Part shown: positions 46,101-58,650 of the stretch, in pieces
Position numbering within the stretch: position 1 is the first letter of the stretch
Layout: each line of letters opens with the position of its first letter
Assembly (NCBI GenBank): GCA_010909165.1
Contig: MU008210.1
Coordinates: 62,001 to 126,000 of the forward strand
Direction of reading: 5' to 3'
Length of the DNA: 64,000 nucleotides
From: Anthoceros angustus
Lineage: Eukaryota; Plantae; Anthocerotophyta
Made by a program: the position numbers and the translations under genes
Notes under the pieces: model-generated
Database searches by the model: none
What the model saw: only the letters and a program-made list of their open reading frames with translations
What the model was told of the DNA's origin: nothing

Positions 46101-46243
46101 GCTGGCTTGAGCTCTCACGTTGAGCTCGGAGCGCTCTGGCGGTCACAACGTCCGGCTCACTCAGCAATTCGTTCTTGACTACCTCACGTCCTCCATGCAT
46201 CCACACTTACCTTCCCACTAGGCTACGGACCGATCTCATTCCT

Positions 46244-46257
46244 CGGCAACGGCGCCA
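46244..46257 (-). promoter_or_regulatory. Primer-binding site TGGCGCCGTTGCCG (tRNA-Asp type, as in Athila)
   Basis: 14-nt complement of the plant tRNA-Asp 3' end, 4 nt from the LTR terminus at 46262. Confidence 0.8.
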
Positions 46258-46261
46258 AAAA

Positions 46262-47119
46262 TGTGGCGCGACTTTCATTGACGGTCAGCCGGGCGCACAC
46301 AATCCCGTGTCGTTGTAGTAAGGAGGTCCGTTCCCAAGAGAATGATAGGCTCCGTTGGCCCACGTTTCAGCGTTTCTCACCTCACGTAGGCGCCGTTTAG
46401 ACTCCCACACACATTCCTCGTTTATGACTAACTACCCGTAACATTCACAGACGGGCGGCGTGGCGTTTGAGACCCGTTCGCGTCCGTGTCATTCAAGTTG
46501 TCACTCGTCCCTCAGTCCGTTCCTCTCACCATTCACACTTCACTCATTATCCTTGGGGAAAATCGCGGGTGGTGTGCGGTGGACCTCCTCCGCCCGCTCT
46601 GCCGGCCTCTCGTCCGGGCTCTACGCCCTCGGGTTCCTCGGCTCCTGCAGCGTTCAGTCGTGCGCTGTCATTTGCTCGGGAGCAAGGGTCCCGGTCGCTT
46701 CCTGCACACACCACCACGTTAGGGTCCGTCACGGGACCTTGATCGATCTCTCCGGGGTCGGCACCTTTCGATGACTCGGGACTCACGTTAACAGAAGGCA
46801 CAGGGCACGCAAGAAGCAGCATCAACACCAAAGAAAGATGCTTTACTAGGCAGCCTCGGCTCTCTTATACTCGCGGTCGCGTCTTTATTACACCCTATTA
46901 CAGGCGGGTGGCCATTTCGGTGTGTGCCTAATCGGCCGCCTACCATCTTCGCCCCTCCCCTATCTCCGTCGTCGGCGGTGGGCTGGGGATGCCCTTGGTT
47001 CGCCTCGGCGCGGTGACCTCCTTGCACGGCTAACTGCGCGCCCCAATCGGATGATCGCGGTGGGACCCCTTCCCTTCCGAGACCACAGCCGGTTGGGCTC
47101 GGCCGGCTGATAACCACCA
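46262..47119 (-). repeat. Athila-like LTR copy 1 (~860 bp, TG...CA)
   Basis: Collinear with 59251-60070. Starts TGT and ends ACCA on the + strand. PBS on one side and a pyrimidine tract on the other. Confidence 0.8.
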
Positions 47120-47878
47120 TCTTCCTCCACGGCCCAGTGGGTCCCTCGATGGGGCCACCGGTATTGTTCCCCTTGCATGAGTCGGAGGGTCCCCCTCACC
47201 TCCCTGAGTCGGACCTCGGGGTCGGTCTCGACTCAGTCGAACGAGGTTGGGACTTATTTCAGTCCGGTCTTCAAGTCGGTCTCATCTCTGGGGTTCGGAC
47301 CTCGAGGTCCGGAACTTATTACAGTCGATCCTCAAGTCCGGACCCCAACCTCGGACCACCTCTGTTGGTCCGTCCTCGCTTCTTGACCTCCTTCCATGGC
47401 TCGGATCCGGTTGGTTTCCTCCTTCCTCACCTCCTTGGGACCCTCGTCCCTATCCTCCCCCAGTTTGGTTTGTTGTCTTACCTCCAGTCGGTTGTGTTGG
47501 CGCGTCTGCTCCTCTGAGGCTCTTCTCCTTGTGCCGTCGTCCCCAAGCAGGGGCCACCAAGGCCCCGTCTGTCCCATGCCCTTCTTTACTCCGAGCCTTG
47601 GGAGGTTCATCCGATTCGGTGGGCGCGGGAAGCTTCCAATGCCTTGAGGAGCTCGGCGTGGTGGTAGGCGAAATCCGAGTCGATTCTTTGGATTGCCTCT
47701 TCCACATGCTTGCACGGTACTCCTCGCCATAGGTGATTTGGGAGGCGTCTTTGTCAGGCTTGCAGTCGTCTCCCTGCCGGGTTTGTCGGTGGGCGGGTCT
47801 CGCGAGGCCACAGGCCTTTGTTACCTCCGCAATCGCTGATGCTCTGCTCCGGCTCGTCGTTTCCGATCCGGCTGCGGC

Positions 47879-48507
47879 TTACACGCCATGGCGCGGCGTT
47901 CCCCTCCGCTTTCCATCCCGGACGTGCTTCTTCTCTGCGTCCAGGGCTCTTGCTCCTCCGTTCATTCTGGCCTGGAGCTCCGCCATCTCCCTTCCCAGGC
48001 GGTCCGGCAGTTCCGCCCGATTCCGCGCTTCATCCAGGTTCTTCTCCATCTCGGCGACGTCCTGCTCCTTGTTCCATCGCCTTACCTCTTCGGTCCGCCA
48101 GCAGAGCTGAAGACGCTCTATCTCGCGCTCGTGATCCGCGATCACGCCCCGTAGAGCCCCGCTTCGCTCGATTGTCTCTTGGAGCTGCAGCTCCAAGGTT
48201 TCCTTGCGGTCTTCCATCTCCTGCCGCTGCTCCTCCACCGCCTGCAACTGAGTCCGGAGATCCTCCATCTCCTTATTGCTGGCCTCCTTCTCCTCTACCC
48301 GGCCGGCCCTAGCACTCCGCACTCCTGTTCCTTGGGCTGTGGCAGGTCCAAATCCCTCCAGTTGATCCTCCGGTAGTGATCAGTCGGTTTAGCTTGCGGC
48401 TTCCTTCGTAGCGCCGCCTTCACAGGCCTCAGCGGCTTGGTGTTGTTCCGCCCTAGGCCGCCTCGGCGGTCCAGCCCTCTCCGCTTGCCCTCGGCCTCCT
48501 GCTTCAT
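47879..48507 (-). pseudogene. Coiled-coil accessory ORF, sense to the Athila-like element
   Basis: KEMEDLRTQLQAVEEQRQEMEDRKETLELQLQETIER...EIERLQ; homologous fragments at 60702-61336. Confidence 0.55.
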
Positions 48508-51500
48508 ACTGCGCTACCCCCTCCTTGCGGAGGTCCTCACTGCGTGCTTGGGCCTCCTGCGTGCTTCAGTTGTTCACTGGCAGAAGGACCTTAATGCAGT
48601 CTGCCGAATGGACGGACCTCCCGTTCTGCCTCGGCGCTTCCTCCTCAATTGACGATGGATTCCGCCTTCTTCTTAGCCTCCAGGCGCCTCCATCGCTCAC
48701 GGAGGGCACCATCGCCTCCTTGTTGCCTCCACCTCACAGGTCTTCTCTGCCGTCCCAGAGACCCCGAGCATACCGTCCATGGCGGTAGCCAAAACTCCGC
48801 CGTGTCTCTTCCCAGGCCGCTACTGCTGAGGCACCAAGAAGTCCGTGTGGGTGCGGGCATCTCCCGGTCCGCCAAGGACCGCCGCCATACCTTGATCCCG
48901 GGCGGTGCGGGGGTTCTCCGGACCTAATCGGGACCCTCGGTCACGGTGTCTTTGTGGTCAGAGCCTCTCCTTCCTTGGCCCTCTTGGCCTAATTCCTTCT
49001 CGCCCTCTTTCTCCACGGGGCTCGGAGGTGGTGAGGAGTTCGGGGCTAAGCGTTTCCCTCTCCCGTCGGAGGCAGGGGCCCGGAGCTCGGATGTGGCTGC
49101 GCGGTGGCCCCTTGCCAGGCGCGTCCCTCTCGCTCGCCTTCACCTCCTCCTCCGCCTCTTGCCACTCCGTGAGGCGAGGCGGGGAGGCAGTGCTCCTTGG
49201 CGCTCGTCGGTGGGAGCCACCACCTCTTATTTGTTAGTTTCGTCCGTGGCTCCATTTGCCGAGTTGTGGAGTTCTTTGGTGGCGAGCGTCGCGACTCCGG
49301 CTCCTTCCGTGGGTGCACACCCGCGGTGCAGCCCGGCTCTCTCGGGAACGGAAGGAGGCGGGAATATCCTCCCATACCTCTCGGGGCGGCGAGGGTGTCC
49401 GTTCCAGTCGAATGGAGTCCGGAATCCCCTCCCAATCATCTTCCTCCCGGACCCGTTTGGCCTTGGGCGGTCGGGCCTCCGCCTCTGGCGCCTTCACCCC
49501 TTCCCGCTCTGCCTCCGGTAGTGCCGCCAGCCCTTTCCGAGGCGCCCGCTCCTCCTCTCCCTCCTTCAGGAGGTTGAGGTGCCCCCACACATGGATAAGG
49601 AAGAGGCGACAGCGCCCGGAGGCTACTCGCTCCGTGGCTTCACGGCTTCCTAAAGTCCGGCGGGGATGATTCGCCCCAATCGGCCGTTTGCCCCGGTGGG
49701 CGTGCGGGGAACCTGCAGTTATCACCAGGTGATCCACCTTGGTGAGCATGATTCAATGGACAATGACCTTATGCCCTCACCCGCCTATCCGGTGGGTCAG
49801 GACATGTTGACCATTGGACCATTTGGGTCACAGCCTCAGCTTAATGGAACTCTACGGGCTAAAAGGTCTTCTTGGCTCCTCGCTTTGTTTGATTTGTCCA
49901 TACCTATCATGGAGCATTCTCAAGGATGCCTTTTTCCCGATCGTTGCATACCAATGTCTCCTCTAGTGATCCTCGGGCCTTCTTCGTGGTGGACTCCTCT
50001 CAGGCCCCGGTTCTTCTCTTGAGTCATGGGGATGAATTCCTCCTCCTCTCCTACCTCGTGCCGGTGAGACCTTGTCTTTGGTTTCCTCTGCCAGGCGCCC
50101 TGCCGACCGCCTTATCATCTATCCTGGGGCATGTTCTTGGGTACACAGTACCTCCAGATCCTCGGCGGGACCCCCAGGCGTCTTTGCCTTCTCCGGAACC
50201 TCTCGCCCGTGAGTCACAGCCCCTACGCCATAGGTTGCTGTCTCGGTGGGGTGGGTGCCCTTGAGTGAGCTGAGTCACCTTCCAGTAGTAGGTGGTCATC
50301 TGGTGGTAAGGCTGACCTCTGCAAGGGTAGAGTGCCCACCTCCCTTGATTATTCGCGCCATTTTCTCCCCTTGGTGTATGCTTCCTCTCCTTCCATAGCC
50401 TCTTGATTCCTCGGGGTCTTGTGGCCTCATCAAAATCTAAGGCCTCATTTTACACATGTGACACCTCGATCATCATCATGAGGACCTAAAGTCCTCCTCT
50501 TGTAGCAAGGCGCACCTTATTGTTGGCCTTCAATAACTGTTGTGGAGATGGGCTCCCAAGCTCACGATACTACTACAGGTCGTCGAAATAGTAAGCCGTC
50601 TCCTCTCACACATCTGTGGCGTCTCTTGCCATGTACCTTCTCCTACCCTCACATGCAAAGCAATATGCCATGGATTTTGATGAGAAGGCAGCCAAGTTGG
50701 GAAAAGGCTGCGAGAGAAACTCGACAAGACATTATGGACCACGGAAGACGGAGAAAGCCTGGAGGAAGTTGTCCTAGCGAGAGGTACTGTCGACGGCCAG
50801 TAGCGAGACATGGAGCCAAAGCGGAGGACCATTTGCCAATTAGGCGAGGCGGCAAGCAAATTCGAGGCTCAGGGGCAAAAGCGAAGCGATTCAGTGGAAG
50901 CATAAGAGCAGTGTTGGCCACCCAAGCCCTCAAAATCCGGGATGTGGAAGAGGAATTGCGAAGGACCCGGTTGAATTTGGAGGTAAGGCCATGCAATTAA
51001 TCACCAAGACCTCCAAGTACAAAACTGGAGCACTTGAAGAATGCACAGCAAGAGAGAGAGCCCGCAAGTGGCGGACCTAAGCGGAGGAGAAACTCGGAGA
51101 AAGGCGCCACAAGGTGGTGCATAGGTTGATGGTGGTAAGGAAGAGGCGATTTCGGGCAGACTATGCCCTACAAGTGAAATTGACCAGTCAACTCAGAGAA
51201 GTGAGGGAGGAGGCTGCCACTTGGTCCCTGCTCATCTCTCCGCCATCTCTTGGGCCTTGTTCGCCCGGACCTCCTCCTGGCATGCCAAGAGGGAGGTTGC
51301 CATTTCCCTCGCCTTCTTCACATCTACCTGGCTGAGTGCCTCACATGCACTCAGCAAATCTCCCAGAGGCCCCAATTCCGCCCCCTTTGGTCTCTTGCTG
51401 GATATTTCCAGTATCCTTGCGTCCTCCTGGCCGTCGCGCGGCGGGGTAGGCCCCCGCACTATCGCCCCATCCCCTCTCCCTCCTGGCGTGGGTGATGGCG

Positions 51501-51547
51501 GCCTAGGCGCAGCCCTCGGCGCCTCGCGTTGTCCTTCCTTCCTCTTC

Positions 51548-51755
51548 CCTACCGCCCGGAGGTCTGCACCTTCTCGGCGTGGGGTGCTACCTACAGCGAT
51601 GGGTTGAGTTCCTACCGTGGGATGCACCGCCTACGCGGTGGGTTGGCTACCACCGGTGGGGTGACTAGGTGCCTCCCTGGCACGAGATGGTGGGAACCTC
51701 CACCCTCGAGAACATCTCAGCCTACCGCGGTAGGTTGCACTCCTACCGTGGTAGA
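51548..51755. repeat. Array of CCTACC-NN-GGTAGG palindromes
   Basis: CCTACCGCGGTAGG at 51721 and CCTACCGTGGTAGA at 51742, with degenerate copies at 51590, 51611 and 51630. Confidence 0.7.
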
Positions 51756-51799
51756 AGCGCCCTCATTAACCACTACTTGGCCCTCTATGGCCTGCAATT

Positions 51800-52669
51800 C
51801 TCGTCCTTCACCTTGCTCCTCATGTGGGGGAAAATTCCCCACCTCCGGCAATCTTGCCGGTGCTACCTCCACCTCCTCAATTCTCGGTCATGGTACTGAA
51901 AGAGGTATGCCCCCCTATGGTCTTCCTCAAAACAAGAGCAAAAGGCCTCTCAAGCAGCTTGCAGGGTGTATAATTTCAAAAGGATGCCACGCATCCTCAA
52001 GCTCACTTTCTTGTCAAAGCCCCTCCGTCTCCCAAAGTGCACCCAATAGGGTACTAGGTATGCAGCCTTGCTCCTCCTTCATCCGTGTTGGGCACGAGAA
52101 GCTTCTCCCTATAGTGGATGTAGGCCTCCTTGCTGATGTCCCCAATTCGGTTTGGCTCTTGGAGTGATCTTCCACAAAAATTGCAAGAAGCTGGTGCTGA
52201 AGTAAGAGGTGCGCTGATAGTTCACCAATCCCAAGACAATTTTGGCAAAGAGCCTCTACTTCAGCTCCTTGATGCTATCCGTCTTCCATCCTTTCTTGGG
52301 TTTGGCCTTCATCCCTCCGTCAATTAAATCCAAAACCTCCTGTGGAATTTCCATTGTGGGAGCTCTCTTCCCCCCATTCGTTCTCTTGAGGAGAGCGATT
52401 CCTGAGCTCTCCTCCTCTGGCCTTCCATAAACTTGGCGAATGCTCTGAACTATCCAGCAACGAGGATCAGTCCAAGCATTCCTCTTGGGTAACGCGGCAA
52501 GGGCTGCCTCCGATTGACGGAGGTTGATGTAACGCTCCTCAATCAGCTCCAAATTGGTGTAGGCCCATTGGCGGCCATACAACCATCCCAATTGGATGTT
52601 CTCCTCTTCCGCTAACGTAAATCCACCGTCGGGATTGAGCTGCCTTGTGAAGCAAATGAAGTGTGGCAT
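51800..52669 (-). pseudogene. Accessory ORF (R-x-V-Y-G-R family)
   Basis: ORF 52256..52669 WTDPRCWIVQSIRQVYGRPEEESSG, continuing across frameshifts as LFAKIVLGLVNYQRTSYFSTSFLQF...PNW...AYLVPYW. Confidence 0.5.
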
Positions 52670-53419
52670 TTCAAAGTCACCACCTCTTGGGGGCGCGCCC
52701 CCTGCTGTTGGCTTTTTGCCTCTTCCTCCTCCACCTGAAGTCGAGCCCTTGGTGGAGCCTCCTTCCCCTTGCCCTTCGCTGCTCGAGTCATGGCTTTCTC
52801 TTACTTCCCACCAGCTCCGGAGCGCAAGAGAAGTTACTCCCCAACTCGCAAGCCCTCTGGGTCTTCTGGTGCCTCACCACAAAACCTTCTAGGGGGAAGC
52901 AGCCCTGTCACACAATTTTGGGGTTAGACACTGGCTTCCTCCCAACTTTCTTCCTTTTCACCTCCTTTCCAATGTAGATGCTCCTTGTATTCCTTGCGCC
53001 TCCTCGCGATTTCCCCCTTCAATGCCGCCGATGCTTCCACCCGCCTGGTGGTCCGCCTTCGTGCCCTCAACTCCTCTCTGCACCCGAGCACATGCGGCGC
53101 TTTGCGGCTTTTTCACGCTCCACAGCAACTGACACCTTCCTCTTCTCCACTTCCTTCTCCTTCTCGCCGGTCGCCTAAAGCTAGGGCTTCCTCCCAACTT
53201 TCAGCTCGCGCCTAGCTTCCTCCTCCTTGCAACTTGCTAGTGGTGATGGCGATTTCCTTCCTCCTCCTCTTCCTTCTTATGCTCAGCACCAGCTCTTCGC
53301 GCAAAGTGAAGATGCTTCAGTTCGGAGGGAGAGATGGCATTGTCCAAACTGGACTTTTCCCCTCTTGGATGTTTGCCACGTGGGGGCCTCTCAACCCTAG
53401 ATTGGATTTACCTTCCTAA

Positions 53420-53710
53420 AATACCTTCCCCTATCTAAGTTGCCTATTTTCCTATCTCATTTCGACTTCTAATTAATTACGTCCTAACTAATACATCCCT
53501 AATTAAGCATTCCCCATTTTAACCTATTTATCTAATTCCCTATGGGCAGGCATATATAGTGGATATGCCCTTATCCTATATTCCTTTCACCATGTTGAAA
53601 AGCGTTCTCCAGCTTACATGTCGCATTCTGATGGTAATCTACTTGCTCTCCTCAGCCTACCGGCGTAGGTTGGCAGCCTACGGTGGTAGGTTGCCAGCCT
53701 ACCGCCCCTT
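53420..53710 (-). promoter_or_regulatory. Putative internal promoter: palindrome array (53656-53710), TATA-like ACTATATATG (53551-53560) and AT-rich leader
   Basis: Same layout at 63650-63986 (same orientation) and 58320-58640 (inverted). Function is inferred. Confidence 0.45.
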
Positions 53711-54599
53711 TGGGCTACCTACCCGCTTCACCAAAAGGACGATTTGATCTGTTCCTTCTTCCCTAAGTATCCTCCCTACCTACCTAACATTATTCTACAA
53801 CTCTAGCTTCCAAAAGAATAGAAAACGTTTCGGCATGTTCCCTCCGAATCGTTTCTAGCCAAAAAGATCGGCCCTGTTCCAAAGCAACCCAACTTGAACT
53901 AGTTGCCCAAACTTTTGCGTTCCACATTCCGCACATTATTAGATAGAATTCAGGACCCTTCTTGGACCGCCACATACAGACTATTCATCATTGTCAGGTT
54001 TTGCCTCATAACGGATAGATCGAATGTCATGCATACGATCGGCAACTTTTGTGGCGCGTGCAAACAAAAGACATGAGCGATATAAATCTTCACGAATGGC
54101 CCAACTAGGTGAGCGAGGGCCGCAGGCGAGGTGTGCGGTAACCGGTTCCGCGGGCATGCGTTGATGCACACTTGCGAGCGCTCTCAAGCATGTAGGGCAT
54201 GCCACATACAAATCGACCGCCCTCTGAAATCTTGCGCCCACGCCTACACTGCAGGCCGCACGCCTACAAATCACGAGCACGCCCTCAAGGATGCAGCGTC
54301 CACCGCGGATGCATCTGGCGCCTTTTCATTGAGTTTGGCTGCCGTTTCTTCATCACCATTCCATGGTTGCAGCATCTCTGGACATGATTGCCTTTGGGCG
54401 GCCAAGCCTACGCAGCATCAACAAACAACATCTCTGTAACGCTCTTGTTTTGGCATACGTGCCTTGACCCTTCTTTGGCGCCAGCGGCCGTCGGGACCGT
54501 AAGATTGAAGCAAGCGGTCTAATAATATCAACTTCAAGTAAGCGAGCGTTACGAGATAAGATCGCCTCACCAAATGTGTGGTGGTCCGACTTCAAAAGG

Positions 54600-57500
54600 C
54601 AATAGTCAACCAATCAAGCCCTTCTGTAGAGGCGATGTTTGAACTTTTAGCAAGGATTTTGTATTATATCTCTTTGTATTGTAAATGCAGGGGATCGCAT
54701 AACAATTCCTCTCTCGGCGTCCACGAATATAATGGTGTTGAATCTCAATATGCTTGCGCGCATGAAAACGAGGATTAGCGACAAGAGCAATGGTGACATA
54801 TTGTCACAATTAAGCATTGGCCCTTCACTTCATATCCAAATCTTCACATAGCTTTCTTTCCCATTCGGCCTCTTTCGTGGCGTGAGTGCTTTGTACTCGA
54901 TTACATTGATGAAAGTGATATTGCAGCTTGTTTTCTACAAGACCAATTAACAGATGGAGCCAGCAAGAAAGCAATATCTTTGAGATACTTTTGGTGTCGA
55001 TCAATCTGCATCGACAAAGCATGTCGATGCGGATGCTTCTTTCCGCTAGGCTTGAGCGAGGCCATAATTTGGAGTACCCTTGAGGTCCATGATGCGCTTG
55101 AGAGCAACCCAGTGATCCTTTCACTGGATTCTCTCGAGGCGAGCAATAGCATTCTGATGTTGAGATATCAGTGCAGTGATTACTCAAGAACATGAGAGTA
55201 CCAACTCCCATACGATAAGGAATATTTTCCATCTCTTTCTTTTCTGTTGATTGTGGATGTGGCGGATGAAAGCTTAACACCTCGGCCGTGTGGTGCGCAC
55301 GTGCATTCTCCAAATTGAAGCGTTTTAACATACCACATATCTTCCTTGATGGAGATAGATAGCACCAGTATCTCTATGTACATGCATACCAAGAATATAT
55401 TTAACTTTGCGAGATCCTTCATCTCGAATTCTTTACTAAGGTCGACTTTAATCTTGTTAACTAGTTCAATATTGTTGCGGGAATAACTAAGTCATCAACA
55501 TATAGTGCAAAGACAAGGAGCTGTCCTTGTGAGTACATAGATATTGGTGTCCGCACTTTGGATAAAACCTATCTTCTTGAGGTAAGAGTCCATTCTCTCA
55601 TACCATAAGCGTGGGCTTTGCTTTAGTCCGTAAATAGAGCGAATAAGTTTACACACCTTGTTTGGGTATTGCTCATCTTCATAGTCTTGGTTGATCCATA
55701 TAGATCTCTTCTTGCGATGACCATAAAGGAAAGCGATACAAACATCAAGGCGATAAATTTCAGTTAAGCTCGGCACATAAAGCCGAGCATTCTCAAGACC
55801 TTGACTACGGTGAATAAACCTTATCGCCACGATAGTCCACTCCTCTTTCGACTATAACCCTTAGCCACTAGTCTCTTATAGCGAATCGAGGTTCAACCTC
55901 CCAATTTAGTTTTGAGAACCCACTTGCATTTGTGATGGTTACGCCTTTAGGCAAGTTTACTAGAGTCCAAGTATTGTTTTGATAAGAGAATTATATTCAT
56001 CATCAATAGCGAACTTCCACTTAGTGTCATGAATATGCCTCTTGAAGTGAGAGGATCTCCCTCACGAAGGGCAACAGCGTTGAAATGACTGCGGCGGTGG
56101 TGGTGTAGTGACAGATTGAACTCTAAATCAAAGGGATCTCATTCAGGTGTCTCGGTTGTGATGGCGAAGGATACCGCTCGAGGCTGGATCAAGTATAGGA
56201 GAAGGTGGAGCGAGGCTGCAGGTCTTGTGATTAAGAGCACCAAAGTCTATGTTTTCATAAGGATCAACAATGGCTGTTCATCTTCCCCTCGGCGGGGAAC
56301 AATAGGTATAGGTCTTGCTTGGTGAAGAGGCCGAGGATGGAGCAAAGTTGCGGGACCGGTCGGGAAAAGCAGTGAGTCAAAAACTCGGGCATAAGGTCAC
56401 AGGTCGGAAGAAGCGATGTCGTAAATGCAGAAGCGCGAATCCATGGACTCGAGCAGGCGGATGCTAAGAGCCTCATCAAAAGTGTCGAGCATATACAATA
56501 GCATGGGTATCCAAGTCAGCAATTTATAAGCCTTACGGTCCTCGCCATAGCCAACAAATACGACGCGGCGGCGAGCGGGCGAGAAGGAATATTAGCATAG
56601 GCGGGGCGAAAATCGAAGATGAGTAATAAGAACATATCCATGCCGGGACTCAAAGGGTGTCGGCGAGGACTTGGAAAGAACCTGTTCGTGAATCGCATGA
56701 TGTAACCGCTTGACCCGGAAGGGTTTGGGGGCCAGAGCTAGCATAAGCGCGGGCCATGGCCAGCGGTCGTTATTTTCAGCAACCCCATTCTTAGAAGTAT
56801 AGGGGCCGTGACGGATAATCCCCTCTCAAGACGAAGTCCTTAAATTGCGGTTATTTAATTCTGCATTGTCGGATCTAATGCCAAGCTTGCAACGGTTTGC
56901 TCGACCATAGTGACAAAAAGGGTAAAGGAGCGAAGGAATCACTCTTCAACTTGGCGGAATAGCAAAGGTATAGCGACTATAGTCATCAACAATAGTCATA
57001 AAGTGCGATGCGCCAAGTGAAGGGCAGTGGACCACAAAGATCAACATGGACCAACTCCAAGAATTTGAGTAGCCGCAGGCGAGTAAGTAGGATAGGGAAG
57101 CTACGTTGTTTAGCATATATACAAGGTTCACATAGCAGGAGTCATGAAAAGTGTGGTAGCTTATCCCTAAATAAATCCACTAGACATCTCTAAAAGCTTA
57201 TCATGATAAGTCACCTTTGCGAGAACTCCCTCATCGACCCTTGATGATGGGGCGGGGGTCGAGGCTGTGATCACCAGTCGGCGGAGAAGACATAGAGGTC
57301 ATGCGGACGACCTCTAGCAACCACGACCGGGAACAGCAGATCTTGTGAGGAGGCAATCGCCTCTGCCAAACTCTAGCTGAAAGTCCTTCACCAAGTGTCG
57401 GACGGAGATAAGATTCTTCGCCATTTGCGGAACATAGCACATCACTTAAAAGAAGGCGAACCATCTTCAAGAGTAAAAGTGGTGCGCAATAGTAAGAGTC

Positions 57501-58040
57501 GTCATGAGAAGAACAAAAGCGTTGATCTTGAGATAATCGAGAAAACATATGGTGATGGCGGCAAATATGCGGCGGTGAGTCAATAGCCAAGAGGTCTTGT
57601 ATTTAAGCTACCGGCGACAAGTGAGGCAATATCGGACTTCAGTCGAGGCCATATTAGCGAACTTGGAAGGCGTCGAGGCTCACGGCTTTCTTCTTGCATG
57701 ATCGGGCTCCCAATGGCACAGAATCGCACCGATTGCAAATGTCGGGCTTCTTGGCCGGAACCACAGCTTGGAGAATGAAGGGCCGCGAGAAGGAGTCGAA
57801 GAAGCACGGTGAAGGAGTCGTATGTCCAGGAGGTGGAGGAGGGGCAGCGTCGCTGTTTTGAGGTACATGGACATTGATGGCCTTTGCTAACAAACATAAC
57901 TCTTTCACCACCATGCTTCAAAGTGCCGGCGTTCGTCCCGGGCGCCTCCTCTTGCTTGGGAGTGCGCTCGCAATTTCGAGATGAAATGCTGTGTTGGGTG
58001 TGCTGACGACCTTCAGCACTTGCTGATGAGCCTCTCGAAT
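54600..58040 (-). mobile_element. Degraded Ty1/copia fragment D (family of element B), no LTRs seen
   Basis: KHGGERVMFVSKG (B: KHGGDRVMFVTKG), IYGLKQSPRLWYERMDSYLKK, MGVGTLMFLSN and an RNase H remnant. Truncated within gag near 58040. Confidence 0.85.
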
Positions 58041-58049
58041 AGTACCATT

Positions 58050-58650
58050 CTGAGAGGACACAAATGCTTGATACCTAGCGGGAAGGGAGGTGTGGAATGC
58101 AAAAGTTTGGGCAACCAGCCCATTAAAGCGACCCGGAGGAAAACGAACTTGATTTTTTAGCTTGATTGAAGAGGGACATCTTTGGGAATTTTACGGAACC
58201 TTGGATGCGGAGCTGTGGGATATTATTGGTGGGAAGGCAAAGAGGATATCACGAGGAAAAAGAAAAGCGGGTCAAAAAAGCGACCCACAGGGCGGGGCAG
58301 GCGGTCAGGAAGGCGGTGGGGCTGGCGGACTACAGCGTGAGCTCACCACACGCACTATCTTACCGTGAGTGAGAGGAGGCGGACTACCACGGTGAAATTT
58401 GACAGAGGTCTCGGCCAGAAAAGGAAATTAGGATGGGGGATATCCACTATATATGCTCACCAATAGGGGGATAAATAAATAGAGTAATTAGAAAGTGATT
58501 AATTAGGGGTAGCAAATAGGATAGGGAAATAGGCAGTTTAGGTAGGATTAGGTATTTTAGAATGGTGAACCAAATCTAGGGCTGAGCGGCCTCCAGGTGG
58601 CAGCCATCCAAGGAGGGCAAAGTGCAGTTTGGCAGCGCCAACTTTCTCTT
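58050..58650 (+). repeat. Inverted copy of the Athila-like internal promoter segment
   Basis: TGTGGAATGCAAAAGTTTGGGCAAC at 58091 matches the reverse complement of ~53900-53927. 58430-58640 matches the reverse complement of 53340-53580. Confidence 0.7.

Larger units (their letters stand above)
47120..54000 (-). mobile_element. Athila-like 3' internal region with accessory ORFs (no pol visible)
   Basis: GGACCTC-rich repeats next to the LTR, a coiled-coil ORF (47879..48322) and MLTKVDHL at ~49749, all shared with 60071-63000. Also a TATA-containing segment and palindrome arrays. Confidence 0.65.

Noticed and set aside
53981-54280. Minus-strand ORF with CPTC as a zinc-binding protein
   Set aside because: Single CxxC with no second ligand pair and no recognisable family.
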